Below are positions 51,360 through 64,000 of a DNA stretch of 64,000 nucleotides, piece after piece. The notes beneath the pieces were generated by a model. The model was not told the origin of the DNA. It saw only the letters and a program-made list of their open reading frames with translations, and made no database searches. How positions within the stretch are numbered: the first letter of the stretch is position 1; each line of letters begins with the position of its first letter. A program made the translations under genes and the position numbers. This stretch comes from Octopus vulgaris (lineage: Eukaryota), in assembly GCA_951406725.2 (NCBI GenBank), contig OX597834.1, positions 30,442,001 through 30,506,000 on the forward strand, given 5' to 3'.

Positions 51360-52035
51360 ATGTATGTGTGTGTGTGTATGTATTTATGTATAAGTATATA
51401 TGTGTGTGTATGTATTTATGTATAGGTATATATGTGTTTATGTATTTATGTATAGGTATATATGTGAGTGTGTGTATGTATTTATGTATAGGTATATATA
51501 TGTGTGTGTGTGTGTATTTATGTATAGGTATGTATGTGTGTGTGTATGTATTTATGTATAGGTATATATGTGTGTGTGTATGTATTTATGTATAGGTATA
51601 TATGTGTGTGTGTATGTATTTATGTATAGGTATATATGTGTGTGTGTGTATGTATTTATGTATAGGTATATGTGTGTGTGTATGTATTAATGTATAGGTA
51701 TATGTGTGTGTGTGTATGTATTAATGTATAGGTATATGTGTGTGTGTGTATATGTATGTGTGTATTTATGTATAGGTATATATGTGTGTGTGTGTGTGTG
51801 TGTGTATTTATGTATAGGTATATATATGTATGTGTGTGTATTTATGTATAGGTATATAGGTATATATATGTATGTGTATGTATTTATGTATAGGTATGTA
51901 TGTGTGTGTGTGTGTGTGTGTGTATGTATTTATGTATAGGTATATATATGTGTGTATTTATGTATAGGTATATGTGTGTGTGTGTGTGTATGTATTTATG
52001 TATAGGTATATATGTGTGTATGTGTGTGTATGTAT
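51360..52035. repeat. Minisatellite tatgtatttatgtataggtata(tg)n, ~20 units
   Basis: Constant core with variable (TG)n spacer. Confidence 0.95.
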
Positions 52036-53044
52036 ACGTAAATTAATGCACCTAGCTGGTGATTGAAGTATAATCTAACTATGATAGTATATAGAATAAC
52101 ACTAATGGCTAATCATCTAATCTTTATGGTGTTAGCCAATATAAAAAATCTATTTTTAGTTTTGATGTCAAAATATTTCATCATATTCTGGTACTTAGTA
52201 AGTAATTAAAAAAAAAATACCATTTAACTATTTTGTTACCCATATTTCAGTTGAAATATATTGTTTCTTTCAATTAATTTTAAGAAAGAGGAAAAATCTG
52301 ATAAAAAAAATCTCTTTGTCGTTATTAAGTTGGTGTAAAGTGGCGAGTTGGCAGTGTTGTTAGCACCACCGGCTAAAAAGCTTTGTGGCCTTTCATCCAT
52401 CTTTCCGTTCTCGGTTCAAATTCAGCTGAAGTCAACTTTGTCTTTTATCATTTTGGGGGTCAGTGAAATAATACTAGTCAAGTTCTGGGGTTCATGTAAT
52501 CATCTTCACCTTTCCTTCGAAAGAAAAAGGATTGTCTGATGTATATATATGTATATATATATATATATTTAACAATTAAGGATAACTTCTTAATAAGGAA
52601 TCTTAACAAGAAATTATCAGGTAGATAGTGTGAAAAACCTCATAAGAGAAAAAATTTCGAAAATAATTCTTTCTTATTGAACATATTAATTTATATATAG
52701 AGGGCATTATTACACATAAATGCCTCACGCTAAGAGGGACATCAGTCATTTCTACCAAAAATTTTACTAATCATACCGAATGCATATATATATATATATA
52801 TATAAATTTACACACACACACATATGTATATGTTGGGCTTCTCAGTTTGTTTACCAAATCCACTCCTAATGCTTTGGTCATCTTGATGCTATAGTAGAAG
52901 ACACTTGTCCAAGGTGCCATGCAGTGAGACTGAACCTGGAACCACATGGTTGGGAAGCAAGTTTTTTAACTAACACAGCCGTATCTGAGCTTCTTTTTTT
53001 TTTTTTTTTTTTGTTGTTGTTGTTATATATTTTATTGAAGAATG

Positions 53045-53315
53045 TGCATGGCCTAGTGGTTAAGGTGCTGCCCTCCTGATACAGCAATCGAGGTTTCGTT
53101 TCTTGGACCAAGCAGTTCGTTGTTTTCTTGAGCAATTCACTTCATTTCACATTGCTCCACTCAGCTGTAACTGAGTGACCCTGCAATGGGCTATCCTCCT
53201 GACCAGAAGGAATGTTGACCTGCTTGCTTGACCAATGGAGTGGCATCGTTCGAAAGCTAAAACGATGCAAAATGCATTGTGAACAGCAATGTAGAAGTCT
53301 GGTTGATCAAGTGAT
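53045..53315 (+). mobile_element. SINE sharing head and tail with family D but with a CORE/V-like middle
   Basis: ttcttgagcaattcacttcatttcacattgctcc..cagctgtaa..ccctgcaatgg; related copy at ~18790-18955 (-). Confidence 0.65.
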
Positions 53316-53699
53316 AGTTTGTTTAGCCCTAGGTTAGGCCTGATCAAGTAGGCATCATCAAAGCTATTCTAGCTTTGATTCATTCATTCTGTTCCTTTTG
53401 TATAACTTCATTGTGTTTTCTTTACTTCGTCAGTTAGGTATCATTGGAGGAAGATTTGGCTGCTATTTATGGTATGCTTCATCATATTTTTCTTCATATA
53501 GTCTGAAGTGATTTGAGGGGAAGTTGTCTGTTATTTCTTGCAGGTGGAGGTCTTTTTTTCGTTATAGCCAAGAATAGTTTCAGGGAGATTTGGCTGCTAT
53601 TTATAGTGGGTGTGTTTGGTGGGGTTTTATTTTTTAATTCTTTAACAGTGAGTTGTGATTTGAGGGAGATTTCACTACTATTTCTAGAAGGTCTTTAAG

Positions 53700-53744
<45 letters not shown>

Positions 53745-54425
53745 CATTATTATTATTATTTATAGTGCAGCTGTTAACACATCTGAAACTCATAAACGCA
53801 GAGAATTCAGAGAAACGTTAACCACCAGACTGAAATAGCCAATGTACTGCACTCATTAGCACCTTCCCACCATAACCACCACCACCTAGAGTATGATGGG
53901 CCACCTCCAACATTGCCACCACCATTGCAAATACCACTGCCACCACCACCACCACCATCCTTATCACCATGATGGGCCACCACCAGTGGCAGTAAACATA
54001 CATTTATACAGGATATATTAATTGTATGTTGATTTTGGAACTATAGAGGAACATTCCTGATAGAAAGATAATTTTTGTGGCTTTTTATTGGAATCGGTAA
54101 TAAAAGGTCTTTTAGTAAATTCTGATAAGATTATCAGGACAAAGTATTCCGGTAATTATTTAGGCTTCCTTTGTGTGCTTGCTTTTTTTCTTTTCTTTTT
54201 TTTCTTCTTTTATTTAGTTGGTTTATTGTTATACTTTCCGTTTTGCATCCTGGCCAGCTGGCGGAATCACTTACCGGACAAAATGCTCTGTGGCATTTCT
54301 TCCAACTTTGTTCTTCTGAGTTCAATTTCCACCAAAGTTGACTTTGCCTCGGAGCCAGTGCTCAAGCATGGCCACAGGCCAATAACTCAAACAAGATAAA
54401 AGATCTTTTTGCTAGATTTGGAGAG

Positions 54426-54452
54426 GTGTGTGTATGTGTGTGTGTGTGTGTG

Positions 54453-54501
<49 letters not shown>

Positions 54502-54524
54502 TTGTGTGTGTGTGTGTGTGTGTA

Positions 54525-54581
<57 letters not shown>

Positions 54582-54612
54582 TTATATATATGTGTGTGTG
54601 TGTGTGTATGTT

Positions 54613-54643
<31 letters not shown>

Positions 54644-54648
54644 ATGTT

Positions 54649-54679
<31 letters not shown>

Positions 54680-54696
54680 TTATATATATATATGTA

Positions 54697-54727
<31 letters not shown>

Positions 54728-54728
54728 G
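54426..54728. repeat. (TG)/(TA) compound microsatellite
   Basis: Direct reading. Confidence 0.95.
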
Positions 54729-54958
54729 CATCCATGTTCCATGCTGGCATGGGTTGGGGGGGATATATGTATATGTGTTGGTGTTCTTGGATTTTTAGTT
54801 TATGGTGGTTTTGTTCTTTGATATTTTATTATACCATAAACTGATATTGTGTGTTTGTTCATCATTTGGATTCATTGTTTGGGAACCTCTAGTTTATAGA
54901 GATTTTGTTGTGTATGTATAAATATGTGTGTAGATAGATAGATAGCTATGAGTAAGCG

Positions 54959-55028
54959 GACAAATGAAAGAAATGAAAGAAAGTGGCACTCGACAAATGA
55001 AAGAAATGAAAGAAAGTGGCACTCGACA
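54959..55028 (+). repeat. Exact 33-bp tandem duplication
   Basis: gacaaatgaaagaaatgaaagaaagtggcactc x2; another 33-bp duplication at ~33760-33826. Confidence 0.9.
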
Positions 55029-55062
55029 CATTTGGCAGAAGCTATATTTATCTCTATATATA

Positions 55063-55457
55063 TCTCTTATATATATAAAGCTGAAGTTGTCTGTGTATGG
55101 CAGGTTTGGTAGCCTTCAACTAACGCTATTTCCACCGAGACCCTGCGGCACAAGCTGACCAAAATTGAGAGTATGATAGAAGAAGGCTTGCTCTTCCTTC
55201 TGCAGAAGAAAAAATTCAAATCGGACCATGTTAAGACCAAAAATTATTTACATCAAAAAGGTGCTTTTTTTTTCTATGAAAATCCATATTTTTTACAATT
55301 TTTTGACTGCTGTGTCACCATTTTTTGGTGTATTTCAACCGGAAAAATGTTCATTTCAAGAGAATAACAAGCTATATAATACAAAATTTTTACTTTTCAA
55401 AAATTCCAGTTCTAAAGGGTCGAAACAAACCCAAGCAACGCCGGGCGATACTGCAAG
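55063..55457 (+). mobile_element. Non-autonomous Helitron-like element, second family
   Basis: tctcttatatatataaagctgaagttgtctgtg start; caacgccgggcgatactgcaag|t end resembles the other Helitron termini. Confidence 0.6.
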
Positions 55458-56069
55458 TTATTTGATAAGCTTGACTCAGCTCCATACAAGTGTCATAGGC
55501 TTGTAGAACAAACCTAGCTTTCAGCTTCCAGTACCAAATCCAGTCTTACAGCTAAGGTTGTGGTACAAGACACTTGACCACAGAACCTAAAACCACATGA
55601 TTGTGAAATGAACTTCTCTACCACACGGCCAAGCCAAGCCAAGCCTACCATGTGAGAGAGTGTAACAGTGAACTAAAGATTACCAAAAATGCTATAACCA
55701 AACATTTCATTTGAAAGATAACTTCTGATGAGATGGGATCTTCCTAACTAAAGCAAAGGAATTTTAAATGATGGACAAAGAATGTTGTTGTTACATTCAT
55801 AGATACCCCCACACACACCTCTCTCTTACTCTCTCTCCCTCTCTCCCTCTCTCCCTCTCTTACCCTCTCTCCCTCTCCCCCTCTCTTACTCTCTGTCTCT
55901 CTCTTACTCTCTCCCTCTCTCTCTTTCTCTATCATACGCACACAAACATGCATGTGAGAGTTTGTGTAATGTGTGTTAAGAGAGTAATTGTATAATTGCA
56001 TTTGTGTGTGTGTGTGTGTGTGTCTGTCTGTATGTGTATGTATACATCTATCTATCTATATACATAAGT

Positions 56070-57272
56070 ATTCTTTTACTTGTTTCAGTTATTTGCCTGT
56101 GGCCATGCTGGAGCAACACCTCCAGTTGAGCAAATCAACCTCAGGACTTATTTTTTAGTCTTTAGTCTTTTACTTGTTTCAGTCATTTGACTGCGGCCAT
56201 GCTGGAGCACCGCCTTTTAATCGAGCAACTCGACCCTGGGACTTATTCTTTTGTAAGCCCAGTACTTATTCTATCGGTCTCTTTTGCCGAACCGCTAAGC
56301 AACGGGGACATAAGCACACCAGCATCGGTTGTCAAGCAATGCTAGGGCGACAAACACACACACGCATATATATATATATATACATATATATGACGGGCTT
56401 CTTTCAGTTTCTGTCTACCAAATCCACTCACAAGGCTTTGGTCGGCCTGAGGCTATAGTAGAAGACACTTGCCCAACATGCCACGCAGTGGGACTGAACC
56501 CCGAACCATATGGTTGGTAAACAAGCTACTTACCACACAGCCACTCCTGCGCCTTTGTAAACCTACTACTTATTCTACTGTCTTCATTTGCCAAACTGCT
56601 AAGTTACGGTGTCAAGCAATGGTGGTGGTGGGGGGACATACACACACATACATACATACACATACACACGACAAGCTTCTTTCAGTTTCCGTCTAAATCC
56701 ACTCACAAGCCTATTGTAGAAGACACTTGTTCAAGGTGCCACATGGTGAGACTGAACCTGGAACCTTGTGGTTTGGAAGCAACCTTCTTACCACGCAGCC
56801 ACTCCTGTGCCTATATATATACATACACACAGACACATACACACATATGTTTGTGTGTGTGTGTGTGTGTGTGTGCATATGTATGTATATATAGGCCAGG
56901 ATGGTTGTGTGGTAAAGGAGCTACCTTTGCAACCGCATAGTTCCAGGTTCAGTTCCACTGCATGGTACCTTGGGTAAATGTTTTCTGCTATAGCCTTGGA
57001 CCAACCAATGCGTTTTGATTGAATTTGGTAGACAAAACCTCAATGGAAGATTATTGTATACATATACATGTGTGTTGTCCCCTGACACTGCTCTACAGTC
57101 AGTGTAGGTTTGTTTATGTCCATGTAACATAGTGCTTTGGCAAAAGAGACCAGCAGAAGAGATGCCAAACTTAAAAAAAGGCAAAAATTGTACTAGGCCA
57201 GTTTGTTTGACTAAAACCCTTCAGCATGGTGCCCCAGCATGGCTGCAGTCCAACGATTGAAATTGAGAAGAT
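56070..57272. mobile_element. SINE A cluster: young copy 56166-56553 (-) inside an older (-) copy, plus a (+) copy at 56895-57272
   Basis: Nested and head-to-head copies. Further degenerate copies near 4955-5303, 7462-7615, 39935-40235, 52830-52985. Confidence 0.8.
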
Positions 57273-57333
57273 AATCAACATTTTTACCTTCATTGTTTTC
57301 ATGCCGTCCTCGGTTAGACAAGCTTCTCAGATA

Positions 57334-57698
57334 TCTCTATATATATAAAACAGCAAAATGTCTGTGTGTGTGTCCTTTATACAAATCCACAATTTTTCAG
57401 TTAGAGGGCTCGCACTTTCTATGGTCATTGAAAACCGTCCAAGGGTGGTCGTGCACATCTTTACATTTCCCCAGTCACCCTGTAAAGCCATTAAAAAATC
57501 AATAGAAGTGACTTTTTTGTGAATTTTCTATCCAAAACCCAATCAAAATGCCCGAAACTTGATACGCCAATTGATTGCCAGCTAGCTGTATGTGATTGGT
57601 CGGAGATTTGGACAGTACTCGCGTGTATGTGGGCACGCACGCAGCTGTATATGCATGCACTAGCACTATGACACGACAACGCCGGGTCATAGTGCTCG
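57334..57698 (+). mobile_element. Non-autonomous Helitron, same family as 59324-59685
   Basis: Full-length similarity; hairpin gcactatgac...gtcatagtgc; end CTCG|T. Confidence 0.8.
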
Positions 57699-58028
57699 TA
57701 AAGAATAGAAGAGAATATTTTAAAATTACAATTTATTGTTGGCCAGCCTGGAACTCAACAGCAGATACAAAGCAAAGCTTATTATTTACTTGGATGAAAC
57801 AGTTTATACTGTGAATTCTTTTTTAATACTTTCATATGAATATTCTTTGTATTAGCAATTATTCACTTAATTTAACAAAATGTAAACGTGTGTATATGTA
57901 TAGAAAGGAGAAAGAGAGAGAGATATGTCTTTGTGCATGTGTACGTACGGGAGTTTGTGCGTGTGTTTACACGTATGCATAAATACATGTAAAATTGTTG
58001 ACATATCTATTTCCGTGCATATATTCAA

Positions 58029-58063
<35 letters not shown>

Positions 58064-58991
58064 CATACATATAGATATATAAAAATCAAACCAATTTAAA
58101 TAAACAAATCTATTTCCTTTAATATTTGTATATGTAGTGTCTGTAAATACGTGTGCATGCATGTATATTTACACTTATGTACATGCATATATATATATAT
58201 GTATATAGATTTATATATAATGTGTGTGTGTGTGTGTAAGAAGAGAGAGAATGTGTGTGTGTGTCACATATAATAGTTACTTCTGTAGATAACAAAGCAT
58301 CCCCTGGAGAGAAACTAGTTCTCTCTCTCATTGCAGACACCAATTATAGTATTAATATAACAGCTGACTATCAACAAGCACTACTTTATATTACATTTGA
58401 GTTGCTGCAGGGGGAACACTCTGTCTCCATGCACACACACATACACACACTCTTACATTCCCTCACTTACACACTATCTACTCACTCACTCTCACACACA
58501 TTTACCCTCTCACTCGCACATACCCATTTTCACTTGCATACACATACACCCTCTCACGCATACACATGCACACATGCACCCTCTCACTCATCTTGTTTCC
58601 CTCTCACTCATTCATTCGTCTCTCACTCATTTATTCTGTCTCCGGCTCACTCACTAGCCCTCTCACCGGCCCTCTCGTTGCCCTCTCACTCACCCTCTCA
58701 TTCGCCCTCTCACCAGCCCTCTCACTCGCCCTTCACTCACCCTCTCACTCGACCTCTCACCCACAAACACACTTCCAGCTGATGACTTCAATATTCTTCA
58801 GTTTTTTCTGTTTATTAGCCAAGTCAGAAACCCAACAAACACAATTAACTTTTTGTCCAATATTGTGAAAACAAAAAAAAAAAATTAAATGCTAAAATGG
58901 ATTTTCAGCCACTTATATGCTTTTTAGTTGTCAAAATTAAATTCAGTTTGTTTGACCATTTTCAGCACCATTATTATTAGTCTTGTGATTT

Positions 58992-59197
58992 GGACAACGT
59001 AAAACCTGGCTGATGACAATCAAGGCTGATCTGGAACCCAACCTAGGCCCCCGTATCTACAGCATTCGCCACTGGAATAAGGAGTGGTTGGAGATCACGC
59101 AGTCGTTAGCCTCAAATCGCCAGGCCTGGTCGGTGTTTGTGAGAGATGCAGCATTGAGGATGAATGAAGCCAGCTCAATCCACCCTGGGTGAATGCT

Positions 59198-59229
<32 letters not shown>

Positions 59230-59231
59230 AA
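58992..59231 (+). mobile_element. 3' end of a second RTE family with a (GAA)n tail
   Basis: GQRKTWLMTIKADLEPNLGPRIYSIRHWNKEWLEITQSLASNRQAWSVFVRDA...HPG* followed immediately by (aag)n. Confidence 0.85.
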
Positions 59232-59323
59232 TTCTTGTGATTTCCTGTTGGCTGTGCTACCCCTTTTCCAAGTCTCTTTAGATTTCTGTTTTAGTAATCC
59301 CAAAGTACTTGTAATGGTTCTTA

Positions 59324-59685
59324 TCTCTATATATAAACAGCAAAATGTCTGTGTGTGTATCCTTTATACAAATCCACAATTTTTCAGTTAGAGGACTTGC
59401 ACTTTCTATGGTCATTGAAAACCGTCCAAGGGTGGTCGTGCACATCTTTACATTTCTGCAGTCACCCCGCAAAGCCATTAAAAAATCAATAGAAGTGACT
59501 TTTTTGTGTATTTTCTATCCAAGACCCAATCAAAATGCCCGAAACTTGATACGCCAATTGAATGCCAGCTAGCTGTATGTGATTGTTCGGAGATTTGGAC
59601 AGTACTCGTGTGCATGTGTGCACGCACTCAGCTGTATATGCATGCACTAGCACTATGACCTGGTGTTGCCGGGTCATACTGCTAG
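59324..59685 (+). mobile_element. Non-autonomous Helitron
   Basis: A|TC start, subterminal hairpin tatgacctgg-tgttg-ccgggtcata, CTAG|T end, no TSD. Confidence 0.85.
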
Positions 59686-60014
59686 TTATTATTAAAGCCG
59701 CAAACTGGCAGAATCGTTAGCAACTTATGCCAAAATTTGAAATAATAATAATGGTTTCAAATTTTGACAGAAGGCCTGCAATTTTGGGGGAGGGGTTAAG
59801 TCAATTACATCAACCCCCATAGCTCAACTTGTCCCTTAATTTATCAACCTAAAGAGGATGAAAGGCAAAGTGTGCCCTGGCGGAATTTGAACTCAGAGCA
59901 TAAAGATGGACAAAATGTTGTTAAGCATTTCACCTGGCATGCTAATGATTCTGCCAGCTCTACACCTTTTAATAATAATAATAATAATAACAATTCTTTC
60001 TACTATAGGCACAA

Positions 60015-60265
60015 AGTGGCACGTTAAAAGCACCAACCGATCGTGGCCGATGCCAGACTCCCCTGGCACCTGTGCAGGTGGCACGTAAAAAGCACCCACT
60101 ACACTCGCGGAGTGGTTGGCGTTAGGAAGGGCATCCAGCTGTATAAACACTGCCAGATCAGACTGGAGCCTGGTGCAGCCCCTGGCTTCCCAGACCCCGG
60201 TTGAACCGTCCAACCCGTGCTAGCGCGGCAAACGGACGTTAAACGATGATGATGATGATGATGAT
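60015..60265 (+). mobile_element. RTE 3'-tail element with (GAT)n
   Basis: Same family. Other copies near 215-290, 9797-10030, 24445-24680, 42088-42260, 44072-44245, 46228-46420, 46937-47075, 48916-49090. Confidence 0.85.
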
Positions 60266-60953
60266 ACTACTCAATTGCATTGACCCCAGTGTTTCACTGG
60301 TACTTGATTTATCGACCCCAAAAGGATGAAAGCTGACGTTAAATGATGATGATGATGAAGTCCTTATTTGTAGTTCCATGATTTACTGATATAATGTCAC
60401 GGCCCATTCATGGGATAAGCACGACATCTTGAGAAGCACTTGTCCAATGTACTAGATAAAAAAAAAGCAAAACAAAAAAGCTGAGAGCACATGTTGGACA
60501 ATGTAGCCTTAGGTACACTAGTCCTTAAAAGATGAGCATGGATGGATCTGAATTGACTTTGATCACACAGCTGGTTGTTCCAGGCTGGCCTAGGGTTCAA
60601 CAACAACAATAATAACATCAACAACTGATGCTTTAAACTGTTAAAAGAAATACAATACAGCAAACATAAATTGATATGCAAACTCTCACTTTATCACTGT
60701 CTGTCTGTCTGTTTGTCTCGCTGTTTAATTATTTGTCTGTCTGTGTGTCAACGTTTGTATCTTCCTCTCTCACTCTTTCGTTATATGTCTGTCTGTTTCC
60801 CTTTCTCTAATTATCCCCGGCCGCTGTCTCTCTCTAAACAGAATGGAATATTTTGACTTGTTAGAAAACATCCATGAAGACAATAAAGAATAGAACAGGA
60901 TGGAGTGGGCCAGGTTTGTGCGTGCATGGGGGGGAATAGCTACATGTACAGAT

Positions 60954-60989
<36 letters not shown>

Positions 60990-61198
60990 TATATACAGAG
61001 AGAACAGGATATATCAAGCATTAATAGGCCTGACAAGAGGAAATAGTAGAAGATGAGGACAATTGTGTTGTGTTTCTTGATGGCTGCTGCCGCCACATTA
61101 GTTTACAAACATTTAGCAACACACACACACACACGTATACACACGAATTGAGCACCACACACACACACACACAATAAAGACCTGCACTCTCACAAGCA

Positions 61199-61234
<36 letters not shown>

Positions 61235-61364
61235 GCCAATTAGATATATATCCCCACACATTCTCCTTTCAACCTTAAAAACTGGCACTACTTAATCAAC
61301 AGACACTGTTGACTTGTCTAGGTAACATCCTTCATTTTATATATAACATAATATCATATGTGTA

Positions 61365-61456
<92 letters not shown>

Positions 61457-61630
61457 TATATAACTAATAAACTTGACTCAACTAATGCAACTTAAAGTTT
61501 TGTAGGCTTATAGAACAAACTTGGATCCTCAGGCATTTAACCCCTACTAAATGTGTCGGGGTGGGCGGGTGGGGGTACCACTTTCATTCATTTGTCCAAA
61601 CACTCATGTGTATGTATGTATGTGTGTGCG

Positions 61631-61666
<36 letters not shown>

Positions 61667-61711
61667 TAGATAGAAAGAGAGAGATATATAGATAGAGAGA
61701 GAGATATAGAT

Positions 61712-61746
<35 letters not shown>

Positions 61747-62189
61747 TAGATAGAGAGAGAGAGATATATATAGCTAGAGAGAGAGAGATATATATAGATA
61801 GAGAGAGAGATATATAGATAGATATATATATATATATATAGATAGATAGAGACAGAAAGAGAGAAAGGAGAGAGTGTGTGTGTGTGTGTGTGTGTGCGTG
61901 TGTAAGAAGGAATAGGACAATTGTTTCCCTCTTGATTGTATATTTTTTATCTCTTTCTCTCACTGCATATAATATTATATAAACCGGGAGAGAATTAATA
62001 ATCCACACTCAGATATGCACAACCACGCAATTACACTCACGCTCACACTCATACACTGATAACACATTTTTATCTCCTACTCATGAATTAGTATTGTTTG
62101 AAAGTGAAGTGGGGGGAGAGGACTTGACCTAGTAAACTTTCAGGAAACGTATTAGGTTAACTTTGAAATATAATAATTACTCTTCCTAA

Positions 62190-63575
62190 TTTTCACACAA
62201 GGCCAGCAATTTCAAAAGAGTTGGGGGGGGGGGGGCGGTACTCAATTACAACAACCCCCAGTGCTCAACTGGTACCTTTATTTTATTGACCCCGAGAAGA
62301 TGAAAGGTAAAATTGACCTCGACAAAGTTTGAACTCCAGAACATGACAAGTTAAAAAGAAACGTGCAACATTTTGGGATCTTTTCAGTTTGAACGGCAGT
62401 TTTTTCTAGGGTGTCATATGAAATTGTCACCCATAATTATGACCCTAGTATCGATCTATTGCATTTCAATCTGTTTTAGGGTTAGGGTTAGTTAGGGTTA
62501 GGGGTGGGGGAAGGGTATCTTTTTTCTTCAGAAATGTAAATAAACCCAATCTGTTTCTTAAACTAGGGACATATTCATATGGCACAGAATGATTTTTTTT
62601 TACCTCAATAGAGGTCATTGATTGGTTGAAATTGCAGAAATTAAAGAAAAAGAACAACAAATATCTTACAAACTATAGAATTTTCTCAATAATGCCAAGA
62701 GAAAAAGATGTCTTATAAACACATTCTACCAGTATACGAAGTTTGAAAGTGTTTAGTTACGTGGAAATTATTTTTAAAAACTGCCGTTCAAACCGAAAAG
62801 ATCCCCATTTTGTGCTACGAAAGGAACAAGGCCTGAATTTTTGGGGGAGGGGACTAGTCGATTCCATGAACCCCAGTACTTAACAGGTACTCGTTTCATT
62901 GGCCCAGAAAAGATGAAATGCAAAATCAATCTAGGTAGGATTTGAACTCAGAACATAAAGATTGACAAAATGGTGCAAAGTATTTAGCCTGGGTGCTAAT
63001 GATTCGATCATCTCATTGCCTTAATAAATAATATTAATGATTGTTTGAGAAGAGGGAACAGTCAGTTACATTGACCCGAGGGCTTAACTGGTACTTATTC
63101 TATTCGCTCCGAAAAGATGAAAGGTAAAGTTAACTGCAGTGGAATTTGAACCCAGAACGTAAAGAGCTGGGAGAAATGTTGGCTAAAGTATTTTTCTCAA
63201 CACATTAACATATCTGCTGGTTTAGTGCCTTAAACGTTCATCATGATGATTGTTATTATTATCATTATCATTATAATAACACGGTGAGCTGGCCGAATCG
63301 TTAGCACACAGAGCGAAATACTTAGCAGGATTTCGTCTGTCTTTACATTCTGAGTTCAAATTCTACTGAGGTCGACTCTGCCTTTCATCCATTCGGGATC
63401 AATTAAGTACCAGTTGCGTACTAGAATCAATCTAATCGACTGCCCCCCCCCCCCCCTTCCCACCCAAATTTCAGGCCTTGTACCTATAGCAGAAAGGATT
63501 ATTATTATTAAAAGATGGAAAACTGGCAGAAATGTTTAACAGCATTCCATCTGTCTTTTGAGTTCAAATTCCAAA
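62190..63575. mobile_element. Cluster of ~5 SINE-B copies (three minus, two plus)
   Basis: Repeated gatgaaaggtaaa..gacc..tttgaactcagaac and its complement. Other copies near 10724-10850, 47315-47530, 52340-52520, 59752-59960. Confidence 0.75.
62375..62805. mobile_element. MITE with ~30-bp TIRs and internal TTAGGG repeats, inserted in a SINE
   Basis: gggatcttttcagtttgaacggcagttttt / aaaaactgccgttcaaaccgaaaagatccc; catttt repeated on both flanks. Confidence 0.85.
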
Positions 63576-63579
63576 GAAG

Positions 63580-64000
63580 GAAAAGGTACGCATAAATGGG
63601 CTGGTTACGCCCCTGGCATAGGCCGCGCAATTATGGTCTCATTTCGCTTGCCGGGTCTTCTCAAGCACAGCATATTTCCAAAAGTCTCAGTCACTTGTCA
63701 TTTCCTTGGTGAGGCCTAAAGTTCGAAGGTCGTGCTTCACCACTTCATCCTAGGTCTTCCTGGGTCTACCTCTTCCACAGTTTCCCTCAACTGCTAGGGT
63801 GTGACACTTTTTCACAAAGCTATCCTCATTCATTCTCGCCACATGACCATACCAGTGCAAACGTCTCTCTTGCACACCACATCTGATGCTTCTTACATCC
63901 AACTTTTCTCTCAAGGTGCTTACACTCTGTCGAGTATGCACACTGACATTACACATCCGTTGGATCATACTAGCTTCATTCCTTGCGAGCTTATGCATAT
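63580..64000 (-). mobile_element. RTE LINE 3' fragment, runs off the window
   Basis: ORF RNEASMIQRMCNV..LREKLDVRSIRCGVQERRLHWYGHV..GRGRPRKT. Confidence 0.9.

Noticed and set aside
62476-62510. Telomere or telomerase RNA template
   Set aside because: Only a few repeats, internal to a TIR element.

Overview
AT-rich, repeat-dense eukaryotic genomic DNA. It is most consistent with a coleoid cephalopod (Octopus-like); this is an inference from the SINE/RTE repertoire and extreme microsatellite load. I found no rRNA, bona fide tRNA, CRISPR or prokaryotic operons. Most ORF-track entries are translations of microsatellites, SINEs or decayed LINEs. The window is dominated by several tRNA-derived SINE families, RTE-clade LINE fragments, Helitron-type elements, MITEs (Merlin-like, Tc1/mariner-like, one with TTAGGG repeats), Penelope-like remnants with decayed minimal hammerhead ribozyme motifs, several long foldback palindromes, and a near-perfect ~1.99 kb tandem duplication (40370-44348). 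Gene-like signals cluster at 14.4-27 kb: a minus-strand first coding exon (MAEGGTSYCQ, donor gtgagt) with an E-box/CCAAT promoter; a plus-strand first exon reading MCGRTA(C), typical of HMCES/SRAP, with no further HMCES exons visible; a chain of plus-strand exons for a small basic protein; and a stop-interrupted minus-strand ORF. The best leads are the orphan HMCES-type exon that could act as a uORF for a neighbouring gene, and the hammerhead-bearing inverted repeats. I could not establish a new biological system from sequence alone. Coordinates were read by eye and repeat boundaries are approximate.
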